A stretch of 64,000 nucleotides of DNA, taken from NCBI RefSeq assembly GCF_009834535.1, contig NC_045697.1:39000001-39064000 (forward strand). The letters are read 5' to 3'. Positions 1 through 12,000 of the stretch are shown piece after piece. This stretch comes from Camelus ferus. Lineage: Eukaryota. The notes beneath the pieces were generated by a model. The model worked only from the letters and a program-made list of their open reading frames with translations, made no database searches and had not been told where the DNA came from. A program made the translations under genes and the position numbers. Each line of letters begins with the position of its first letter. Position 1 is the stretch's first letter.

Positions 1-1142
1 ACATCCATCCATCCGTCTATCTATCCATTCATCCATCCAAAAACACATATAGATATATGCAAATCCAGGTGCTTTAAGTACTTTCAGGAATAAAGCAAAA
101 TATTTTTAAAAATACACATATATGGGTGTGTCTGAGAATGACACACCCATATATGTGTGTGTCATTCTCAGAAAAAACACAAATACTGTAAAATATGTTT
201 TAAAAATATGATACTTCTATACTATAAAATATGACTACTTATCACTAAAGAATAAACAAAACCTTAGTTAGGTGAAGCTAGTGTAAATATTTCTTCTACC
301 TTGGTCCCGTATAAACCCAACCCACCCTCAATTTTCTGTTAACTAAGTCTGTATTTTTCGTTAGTACTCTTCTGTGGCTACATCAGCCTGTTTTGGAAGG
401 AACAATTAAGACTTTTATGCTAGCCACCGAAAATTTTGTCTCTCTGCAATAGGTCAAATGTCAGACCAAGAACAGAATCAAATGCACCTTCACAGTCTTC
501 ACTGCTTTTCTTGTTATTAACTAAGGGCTTCCTTCACTTTTGAGGTGCTTTCTGTCATGTGCCAGCTGCAGCTGCCGCTCTCTGAAAGAGACTTCTCTCT
601 GTATGATTTTTGCTCTGCTTATAGTTACCAGGGTCATGGAGACTGACTTTTGGTAGGAAGAGAACAAATTCAAGGTAGTTTTTTAAGCAACACCACAGCA
701 CCTGGCAAGTCTCCCCCAGCGTGCAGGAGACATTGACCTCATTGCTTTTTTCTGCGTGACACCATCAAACTCCCCTTGGCAGTAGCTGCTCAACATTTTT
801 CCGTTTAACAACTTCAGGCTCACTCTGTGCGGCTTCACTTGGCGTAGGGATAGAGGAATATCTGTGTGGGCTGTTTGGAGACGGATAGGTATCCATTTTG
901 GAAGGCCTGAAAATATTCCACTGTTGTCAAGGTTCCTAAAAGTATTATTTTGTAGATCAGACACCCTAATTTATTTCTGCCATTAAAGTCGTGTTGGGCC
1001 AAGAGCCTGGGGTGAAACTGTGATGTACAACAAGCTTGACCTTAATAGCTTCTCTCATGCCCTCATTATCCACAGTTTCCCTGCTCCTAGAACCCACCAG
1101 GCAAATATTGAATCAGCAACTCATTCGGTTTACACTGCTACC

Positions 1143-1322
1143 ACAGGGGTGCCAAATGGGCTTCAACTCCTGTGCCAACTTTGATTAGCCTGGATAGTCT
1201 GCCAGCAGCACTGTGTTGAGGATTCTAACTCCAGACTCCATGAGAAGGAGCCCTGTGATTAGTAACATCTGCCGGGGACTGGGAGTGTGCTGGGAGCCTT
1301 GCCTAGAATTTGCCTTCCCTGT
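1143..1322. mobile_element. Short hAT-type MITE relic (MER102-like)
   Basis: Imperfect terminal inverted repeats CAGGGGTGCCAAAT … ATTTGCCTTCCCTG. Confidence 0.5.
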
Positions 1323-2103
1323 GTGAAGAATTTAATATATTACCTTTCTATGGGATATTTGCACATTAAAAGAAGAAGGTGAAAGACAGCAGTGTATGGA
1401 AAGCCTGATGATAAATGGAGGTTCAGACATTTGTAGAAGGCCAGTGGGTATATATTTTGGGAAGACCATAGAAAGAGAGCAGAAGAAAGTGAAAGGAAGA
1501 TCTGTTTCAGAAGAGAATCAGGTTGAAAGTGGTGTGCAGGGAAGTTGCTAATCCTAACTTTACAAACTACCATCTTATGGACCTAATATTAACTCTAAAT
1601 TGCAATTAAATGTATAAATTGTGTCCAGGGTGCTTTGACTTACTTTGCTGCTAATATGGCTTTTATTTAACAACAACAACAACTTTCCAAGACTTTTTTT
1701 TACACCCATTGGTCTGTTGCTTATCTTATTCTCTGTCTGTGATATCAGCCAATAAGCCTGAGAGTGTGGGCTCAGAGAAGGCACTGATGGTACCATGTGT
1801 TGTTTTCCTGCTGGATCAAGCATACCCTTGGTGCTCAACAAACAATAAACCAGCCAAGTGCTGCCACCTACTTAGAAACCAACTTTTTTCCCTGACAGAG
1901 TCTAAGTAAGAAGCTCCTCAGTCAGCAGCACTGAAAACACTAAATTTTTTGATGCCTATCTTCTTTATGTTCCAAAATGCAGAACAATAGCCACCAAATC
2001 CACTGCAGAGAGGTGAAACACAGGTGGTCTGGTGAAAGGATTTCCTTAACAGAGTTAGATATTTTCAGAGCACAATGATTTTTAAAAAAAGGAGCAGGAG
2101 GTA

Positions 2104-2255
2104 GGGGAAAGAGGGTACAGCTCAAGTGGTAGAGCATATGCTTAGCATGCCTGAGGTCTGGGGTTCAATTCCCAGTACCTCCTCTAAAAATAATAAACCT
2201 AATTTTCCTCCCCCCAAGTAAAATAATTAAATAGTACAATAATAAATAAATAAAA
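2104..2255 (+). mobile_element. tRNA-Ala-derived camelid SINE (Vic-1 type)
   Basis: AGCTCAAGTGGTAGAGC A-box, GGTTCAATTCC B-box, then AAACCTAATT-C-run-A-rich tail. Confidence 0.85.
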
Positions 2256-5184
2256 TATTTTTTAAATCCCAGATTTAGAGTCAGAAGATCTGCTGTGCTC
2301 TTTAGGTGACCATGACAAGGTGACTTAACCTTTTCTGATTTTCTCCTAAACCGTAACCTAGAGAAATAACACCCCCACCTCACAACCAAATCCTTCCTGG
2401 TTGACAATCAAAAGAGAAGCCATCATGAATGAACCTTGATTTCCTATTAGGACAATGCTATTTTCTGTCACAAAAATTATAACATGGATCACAAAAAGTA
2501 AAACAAAAAAATTCAAATATATGTGCACTGATTTAGTATACAGAACCACACAGCCCTAAAAACTATGTAGCAGATGCTTCTTCTGTGACATCCTTCTGCA
2601 TGGCTTAGACTTGTTGCTGCCTATGGAAATACACAGTTTAGGAGGACAAGTTTTCCTAATAAATCACCCTATGGCAAACCAAGGGCTTCTTCACACCTCC
2701 AAAGACTATTGTAGCACATTGCAAATCAGAGTCATCTATCTCACAAGTATTCACTGCCAATTTCTTGTGCATGGTTGCCGCTGAAAGTCTTTGAGCGGTA
2801 AATGCTCTGCAGTGGCACTTTGCCCTTCCTCTTCAGAGAGGAATTCAGTCCTGAGCTCCATAACCCAGATTCAACACTTCCATTCTGTCCATGTCACGCC
2901 CTTTAACCTGCAGCTTGGTCCGTGTGGCCAGGCCAATGCGATGTCCTTGGCACGTGGTCCCCAATCTTTCACTGATTTTTTATATTAGCTTTGGTCACTC
3001 TGATGGAGTCTCATTTCCAGTAATGACGCGCATTAAAGTGGAAGTCAAATGTCAAAACATTTCACGTTGTGGGTGAAAAACCTACATGGAAGTGCTTGAT
3101 AAAGTATGAAAGACTTTGGAAACTGTAAATGGCCAAGCAAATATTGGATATTATGGATTTTCTGAATTAATGAATGTGCTCACCAGAGCAGAAATTTTAG
3201 TCAGGATGAAAGACAATGAACCAGAGGGGAACAGGGAGGCAGTAAAACTGGAGAAGGAAGGTTGGAAGCTTCTTCATAAACCTGCCCATCACAGAGGAGT
3301 GGTGTCCTCTGAGGCTGGTTGCGTCAGAGCTTTTTGCTCAGGTCAGCTAAGCTTGAACCCTTTTCTAGTAGCCTTTCAAATTCCAGCTTTTCCAGCCACA
3401 ATCTGAGAGTGTTTGCCTAACCCCTACTCCAGGGGTAAAACTGTTTCTATTTGTCGTCATTTCGCCTGGGTCCTTGACCCCATGTGAGCTTCAGTTGGAT
3501 CATTCATTCAGTGTTATTCATAGAAGTGGTGTTTTCAAAGAATCAAAGCACAAGAGCCTTTGAGAAGCAGTTTGTGAGTGAAACGTGACTCTCCCAGGGC
3601 AGTGGCAGTGTACTAGAGAAACCGTTGAGCTGGGTTCAGGCTGAGCGGAATGCGGCATTTCCCAGGGAGCCACTGCCCCCTTGTGTCTCAGCGCCCGCCA
3701 AGAATTATTCCAGGACAGGGAGAACCTTTGGCAGAAGTCCGTAAAAGATTACTGATGCACTGTTTCTGGCTCTTTGATTTGTTTGTTCAAATAAGATTTC
3801 CATTCATCTCATGGCTTTTTAAATTATCTTTCTTCCTTCTTTAAAAAGATGAATTTTTAAAGGCGTATTTTATTATAATTGCAAAAGTAGTATCCTCCTT
3901 GAAGAAAAAATTGCATAAAATTATTTAATTTTGTTAATTTTTGATCTATTTCCTCCCTAATTTTTTTTTTCTTTCTCCGTTAAAGGAAAACTAATTTCAC
4001 TTGGGGACAGGAAAAAAAAAAAAACAGCCACAGAAGTATGAAATCTAATTTTATCATAAATGTCATGTAAACATGATCTCTTATCCCACAAGAAGAAAAC
4101 TGATTTTTGAACTTGCTAGAATACTAAAAAACAGTTGCTTTTTTGTCTTAAAAATATGAAGCATAAAGGATAGCACTTGAGATCATAGACTCTCGTAACT
4201 TTTGCCTGTAATTTCAATTCTATGGATTAAGCATACTGTAGTGAATGCAGCTATTAGACACATTAAATTGAATGTTATCTCACTTTCAAGACAGAAAAAT
4301 AAAACTCCTTGCTCTAGAGATGGCCTGCGGGAGTTTGGGTAGTTTGGCAGTCTTAAAGACCCAGCCAGTGGCGACTGCTTTCAAATGTGATTGGTCAAAT
4401 TTCTAAATGTTGTGTAAATGTGTTGCTTCCCCCCAGCTGTGGAGAATGTAGAAATAATGGCTTAGATCTGGGCGTTACAGGAGGAGTTCATTGTGGTTTT
4501 GATTTGGAGTTCTTTAATAATTAGCAATGTTGAGCATCAAGACTTTCTCTTTTAATATACTTTTGTGTATTTTTTAATTTTCCAAAAAGCATATACGACT
4601 TCTATAAAACCTTTAAGCCAAAAATGATTACAAGACAAAATATAGTTGTGGCACATTTATGTTATACAACTTCCCACATCATTGCCTCTGTTCCACGTGA
4701 GAGCAGAGGTCTGGGAATGTGGAGACCAGGCTGCTAGTCCTGACTGTTTCAACTGTGTTCCATAACCTTGGGCAGGTTGATCTGCCTCTGTGGGCTTCAG
4801 TTGCTTTCTCTCTAAGAGAAGTATTTGAAGTAATAGAATAGAATTTCAGGGTTTCTATGTGCCAAGCTCTGTGCTAAGCAGTTTCCTCAGGGCAGTTCCA
4901 TGAGTTGAGCATTATCCCCATTTTCCACATAAGAAAATGGAAGCACAAGTGTTGGAATCAGAACTCAAACTCAGGTTTCGCTCAACCCCCAAAGCCATTC
5001 TTTTCACTTAACACTCTCCCAGCCACCTCTTGCCTTATGTTTCACAGTTTCCTAGCGCCAGAATGCACTTAAATGCAGGACTTAACCTAAAATCCTCTAC
5101 CTGGAAAGCATTGTGTTTCTAAATTAACCTTTGGTCACTTTTGTTATTGCTGTGTTTATTCTTTATGTTGTATCAAACTCTAAA

Positions 5185-5395
5185 ACTGGGTGACTTAACC
5201 TCAGCACTACTGACTGGAAATGCTTGGTTGCTGGGAGCTGTCCTGTGCGCCGTAGGATGTCTGGCAGCAGTCGCTGTCTTCTACCTGCTGGATGTCATCA
5301 GTGGCACCATTTTCACACCAAAAATGCCTCTAGACTCCAGACGTACGCCCAGGTGTCCCCTGGGGAAAAATCACCCAGGGTTGAGAACCACTGCT
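5185..5395 (+). mobile_element. MER20-like hAT DNA transposon
   Basis: GCTGTCCTGTGC…TAGGATGT and GTCCCCTGGGG…TTGAGAACCACTG end; a second degraded copy lies at ~8912-9100. Confidence 0.7.
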
Positions 5396-5749
5396 CTAAA
5401 AGGAGGAAAAAGGTAAATTCTTGCATTAACCCTGAAGGAAAACTGTATTCAAAGGAGATATGGAATATTTTACTCTCATGATTCTTTGACTTTACCAGCT
5501 CCGGCTAAAGTCAGCTCCAAGTATTTCACAGTTATTTGCCCTGTGCAGAACACCATACCAGCTACACATACATTAAATATCCAAGATTCAGGGAAATGCA
5601 GAAGAAGAATAAACTTTGCCCTCTCAACAGTGACTCCACTCCTCCCTTAGTGAAATTCATCTTTGCCTCACAGGAAAGGAGCCACGTGAGTCTACTGAGT
5701 GGGAATAGGTATTCAGTAGAGAACAGTGGTAACTGGTTACACTGCTGAT

Positions 5750-5755
5750 TTTATT
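5750..5755 (-). terminator. Candidate SPINK2 poly(A) signal AATAAA (a variant ATTAAA lies at 5844-5849)
   Basis: tttatt on the + strand, ~245 nt downstream of the stop codon. Confidence 0.6.
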
Positions 5756-5999
5756 CCAGATAAATAAAGTAACACATAAGTTATCTGGGCAATGAGCTTA
5801 ACTCAAGGGAAAAAAGGCAAGAAACAAAGATTTTTTTGTTTGTTTTAATTATCAGCCACTGCCCATAGCTCTCTTCCACACTTCATCTCAGAAAATGTGG
5901 GTTAACAAATTTCACACAAAGAAACATAGGAAAAGAAAAAAAGGGAAAATGAAGTTGATCTAGTGTGCGGACAAAGGTGGTCTTCTGTAAACTGCTCCA

Positions 6000-6045
6000 T
6001 CAGCATGGTCCACTTCGGATTATTTTTATATCATGACCATCTTCC
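6000..6045 (-). CDS. SPINK2: SPINK2 coding exon 4 ((R)[18 protein letters not shown])
   Basis: Acceptor TTCTTCAATTTGCAG|G; TGA at 6002-6000; final Kazal Cys. Confidence 0.96.
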
Positions 6046-9000
6046 CTGCAAATTGAAGAAACCATTAAAAAGACATTTATTCCCAACCATCTTGAAACCA
6101 TCCCACTATTTGTATTAGAAAGACCCACGGCATTATACATTAGATTCTTCCAGGGTGACGCTAACTTAATCATTTTTAAAGCTGAATCTAGGAAACAATG
6201 AGGGCGAAAGCCCAACTCTACTATGTGTTCCATCACCCCAGGGCACAGGGAGTTACCCCCGAAGAATCACTCAGAGAGGACCTAGTAACTCACCGAGGTC
6301 AGAGAACGGAGCCCTGAAATACAAAGCAGCTCACCTGGAGGAGGAGTCATGGCCATCTGAGCTGGTCAGGTGTGTTACGTGGGAGGGCATCAGGTGTAAT
6401 ACACTTGTACTGAGCATTCTACCAGGGAGACTTATTAAGACCTGTTTTCCAAACAGTAGTGCAGGGTGTGTGGGTCACCTGTATATGCCCTCTGAATTTA
6501 AAAGAACATTTACCGTTCCGCAGAATTTGACTACTAAATATAGTCTTCATTTGGGGAAACAGCACATCCCTGGAGAGTAACATCACTTAATTATCTGATT
6601 AATCACATACCTCATTCTCTAACACTGACCTAGAAAATACACTGAAGGATTCTGTGTCCTTTTAAGTGTCAGTATGAAAACAGAACTACTATGTCACATT
6701 TGATTCTTATGTCCAAAAAAAGAGTCACAGCTTCCTAAGGAATCGAAATGCAAGAAAAGAATTGAAGAAAACTTGGCTAATTTATACTGTAAAATTATGT
6801 TACCTGATTTTCATGCACAGAGTACACTCATTGGGGTAAGTGGACATGTCGCTTCCACACACGGGGCTAAAGTCTCTGGGACATCCTGGTAATTTATACT
6901 GATAGCAATTTGGCTGGAAAAGAGAAAGGGAAACAGAAATTGGAGAATAACCTGAGACATTCTCATCACAAAATAGCTCAGGGGAGGACAAAGACCCAAG
7001 TATTCCTGGATTTCCTAGAAACATCCTACAGAAAGGTTTCTATTCTCCGCAAAAAAAAAAAAAAAAAAGGTTTTTTCTAATGTAAAAATCTGTGCAATGT
7101 TGAAGCAATGGATCAATACATGCTTGTAAGAAAAGGACCTCAGAGGAAGGTTCAGTCTGGCTGATTTTCAAATGAAAGTCCAGGACATGCCACCGTACCT
7201 ACTTGACTATCCTCCAGCTTCAAAATTTGCTCGTCACTACCATCTCCACGTGAATATCCTGCCGCCTGCCACCTCAGTCCCTGGCATAATGCCCAGACGC
7301 ACTGGAGAATCTAGTCTTCTTGTCGGGACTTTTAAGATACTGGCATCTAAGCAGCAGTGCTCAAGAAAGCAGTAGGTTCAGAACTGGACTTCAAGGGTTG
7401 TCATATGCTTCATTGTGTCTGCCCCACAGATATGCTAAAGTCCTAACCCCCAGTGCCTCAGAACGTGACCTTATTAGGAAAGAGGGTCTTTATATAGATA
7501 ATTGAGTTAAAATGAGGTTAGTAGGGTGGGCCCTAATCCAGTATGACTAGTGTCCTTATAAAAGGGAAAATCTGGACACAGAGTCATGCGCAGAGGGAAG
7601 ATCATGTGAATGCACAGAGAGAACGTGATCTACAAGCCAAGGATTGCCTGAGGCTACCAGAGAGAAGGAGAGAGGGATGGAATAGATTGTCCCTCGCACC
7701 TCTTGGAAGGAACCAACCCTGCCACACCTTGAGTTTAGACTTCTAGCCTCAGGAACTGGGAGATAATCCAATTTCTATGGTTTAAACCATCCAGTTTGTA
7801 GTAATACGGCAGCCCTAAGAAACTGATACTGGGTCATGGAACTCAACCCTCAGATTTGATGGGATTGAGGCCAGAGGGGTCATACATCTTGCTCAGGACC
7901 ACAGTCTCCAGCAGGGCCAAGACTAGAACTGGTCACAGTGAGCAGACCATCGTGTGCAGAGTCCCACTGTAACAAAAGGTGAAATACAGGGCCTGCTGTA
8001 TTTCTGTTTTGTTTTAGTAAATAGTGATCACCTTTTCTCACTTCTGAGTAAGTCACCCTGTTTAGCACTCTGAATAAATGAAATATACCTTTCCATTGAT
8101 ATTATCTGGATTCACAGAGACCTGAGCAGGGCTGGCCATGGGCCAAACTCTGAAGGAACTTTTTTTTTTTTTGCCCCTTTCTACCCACCGTTCAGTCCTC
8201 TGTGCTCCACTTAGGAGCCTGATGTGCTCTGGCTGCCCCAGGCTCACTGAGATGCTGCCTTCCAGGGCTGCTCTCACAGGGGAGTAGAGGCCCTCTTATC
8301 CCAGTGAGACTGAGACAAGCGGTAACTGGTCATTTCATTGAAAAGGTGAATTAAAGCAAGGAAACAATAATAAAAAATAATATATACCCTAAACATTTTA
8401 TCTTGAAACATAGAAATGAAAACAAAAATTGCCAATCTTTTGATGTAAGACAGTGACAGGGCACGTGGCCAGCTGGAATGCTACCTACTATAAGATACCC
8501 TTTCTTGCAGCTAGGTGTGACCATGTGATTAAGGACTGACCAATGGGATATAGGTGGAATTATTGTGCAGTAGCTTCTGGGAACCTCCTTTAAAAGAAAG
8601 TTGGTGCCTGTCCTCTGCTTCCTCCAGTTTTTATCCTTCTTTGTCCATTCCTCCGTCTTGCTGCTGGGTGCCTGGAGTTCTCACCTTTATCTTACAGACC
8701 AGGAGGATGAAGGCCACATTCTAGGATGAGCAGTGCTGTTAGCTGTTATTCTGAGTTGTTGTTACTTGCAGCTGAATTTAATCCTAACTGACACAAGACA
8801 CAAGACCTTTCCTTTGAATGTTTCAACTAGTTAGAGTTCTGTGTGCTATCACTGCAAAAATCATACTCAGAATAAATCACCTGTGATTTCCTGTTTTGGC
8901 TTCTTTAAAATGGGATTTCTCGACCCCATTCATATTTTGGACGAGGTAATTCTTTGCTGTGTGAGGCTGTCCTGTGCATTGTAGGATGTTTAGTAGCATC

Positions 9001-12000
9001 TCTGTTCTTTATCCACTAGATGCCAGTAACAGCTCCCCAGTCATGACAACCAGAATGACAATCTGAATGTCTTCTGGGGAGTAAAACTCCCTATTTAAAA
9101 ATATGGTGAGACTTTTAAGACACTGGCATACCAAGGAAATATACAATTCTAAAAAATCTTTTCCCAATTATTTACAGTTGTTTTACCTACACCTAATTCA
9201 ACAGCAATTTTTTTTTTAGTAATTCCTCCTTTAGCAAGTCTTTCAAAAGCATCCAACACAGTTCTTATATAAACTGCTTTATTTCTTCACACTCATGTTT
9301 ATGCTGTCTACATTTTTTATTAAAATAAGAGTGGAGGCTCACGTAACAGGCTTGTGAACACACACATGAGTCTTGGTAAGAACGTAACTCCACTGATGAG
9401 AAATACATTCTACTGGCATCCAGGAGAGGAGTCATACAAGACAGTAGTCCATCTACAACCAGTGAGTAATTGATCTGCTGTAGGAACTGTTCAGAGAGAC
9501 AGGGGAAGGTTGTATGTGAGCTTGCGTAAATGGAGGGTGGCTGATAGAGTTTCTACTGTTATTATTCCCATTTTCTGAAAGAAACTCAAACTCAAGAAAA
9601 CTGAGTCATATGACCAAAAGTATTATTGAGCACCCATGAAGTGCTGGAGACTGGGCAGCAAACAACAAGTAAGACATCATCCATGACACTGAGGAGTATA
9701 TAGCCCAGGAGGAGACGGGCAGTTACAATTCAGTGCTATGCTGGGCTAGTAAGGAGCACCAGGTCTGGGGTCAGAATGCCTGGGATGAACCCCTACTGGT
9801 CACATTGCCATGCGACTTTGACCAAGGGGATAGCAATGGTAACTACCTCACAGTGCTCTAAAAGATTAAACGAGTTATTCTACATAAAGCATTTAGAATG
9901 GTGCTTGGCACACAGTAAATGGTATACAAGTATTTACCGTTGAAGGAAACCAGTATATGTCACCCTGAAAATATGGCTCTATGTCATAAAAATTATTCTG
10001 AGCTAAAGGCAGTTAAGAAGCAGATTAATCGCTTCTTTTTCTGTTTAAAGGCAGGATATAAATTCTCCTTTACTGGAAATGACTCTGGACTCTTATCAGC
10101 CCAGAGATGGCACCTGAGAAATCTGCAAACAAATCATACTCCATTAGTTTCCTCCTATATATTATCTTCCCACTGTTGGCCACCCTTGGAAGCCTAAAAT
10201 CATTTTCCTTTGTCCAGTCATTTTTCTACAAATGTATTGCTCTTTTTTTTTTATTGAAGTATAGTCAATTACAATGTGTCAGTTTCTAGTATACAGCATT
10301 ATGTCCCAGTCATGCATATATATACATATATTTGTTTTCATATTTTCCATTAAAAGTTATTACAAGATATTGAATATAGTTCCCTGTGCTATACAGAGGA
10401 AATTTGTTTATCTATTTTTATATATAGTGGTTAACATTTGCAAATCTCAAACTCCCAAATTTATCCCTTCCCACCCCCTTTCCCCCAGTAACCATAAGAT
10501 TGTTTACTATGTCTACAAGTCTGTTTCTATTTTTGTAGACTTCATTAGTGTCCTCTTTTTTTCTTTTTTTAGATTCCACATATGAGTGGTATCACACGGC
10601 ATTTTTCTCTTTCTGGCTTACTTCACTTAGGATGATGATCTCCAGATCCATCCATGTTGCTGCAGATGGCATTATTTTATTCTTTTTCATTACTGGGTAG
10701 TATTCTCTTGTATAAATATACCACAGCTTCTTTATCCAGTCATCTGTTGGTGGACATTTAGGTTGCTTCCATGTCTTGGCTATTGTATATAGTGTTGCTG
10801 TGAACATTGGGGTGCGTGTGTCTTTTCAAATTAGAGTTCCCTCTGGATATATGCCCAGGAGTGGGATTGCTGGATCATATGGTAAGTCTATTTTTAACTT
10901 TTTGGGGAATCTCCATACTATTTTCCATAATGGCTGCACCATACTACATTCCCACTGTAGTGTAGGAGGGTTCCCTTTTCTCCACACCCTCTCCAGCATT
11001 TATCATCCATGGACTTTTGAATGATGGCCATTCTGACTGGTGTGAGGTGACACCTCATTGTAGTTTTGATTTGCATTTCTCTGATAATCAGTGATACTGA
11101 GCATTTTTTTCATGTGCCTGTTGGGCATTTATATGTCTTCCATTGGAGAATTGCTTGTTTAGGTCTTCTGCCCATTTTCGGATTGGATTGTCTGGGGGGG
11201 GTTGTTATTAAGTTGTATGAGCTGTTTATATATTCTGGAGATTAAGCCTTTGTCAGTCGCATCATTTGCAAATATTTTTTTCCCATTTCGTAGGTTGTCA
11301 TTTTGTTTTGCTTATGGTTTCCTTTGCTGTGAAAAAGCTTGTAAGTTTAACTAGATCCCATTTGTTTATTTTTGCCTTTATTTCTATTGCCTGGGTAGAC
11401 TGTCTTAGGAGAATATTGCTAAGATTTATGTCAGAGAATGATTTGCCTATGTTTTCTTTTAGGAGGTTTATAGTGTCTTGTCTTATATTTAAGTCTTTAA
11501 GTTATTTTGAGTTTATTTTTGTGTATGGTGTGAGGGAGTGTTCTAACTTGACTGATTTACATGCTGCTGTCCAGTTTTCCCAACACCACTTGCTGAAGAG
11601 ACTTTTTCTCCATTGTATATTCTTGCCTCCTTTGTCAAAGATAAGTTGACTGTAGGTGCTCTTTGTTAAAGATGCTATATTTGCCAGAATTCTAAGCCAC
11701 CTCTTTGAGTTACTCATCTCTGAGTGCTCCCATATGTATGCATCAAGCACTTATTAATAAATGGCTGTTTGTTTTTCTCTTGTTAATCTGTCCTATGTTA
11801 TGCAGGCCCAGCTGAGAACTTAGAAAGGTAGAGGAAAGATTTTTTTCCTCCCCTACACTAACATGGTGATTTTGATGATGCTGTATAAGTTGAATGGAAG
11901 CACAGAGAAAATGTGTTTATGTCTGCTTTGGAGGAAGAAAACAGGATGGGAAGGCTTCCTGGAAAAGGTCTACACTGAATTGAATATTCAAAGTTACCTA

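Noticed and set aside
683..964. 93-aa minus-strand ORF downstream of SPINK2
   Set aside because: Non-ATG start, no recognisable homology, no clear exon boundaries.
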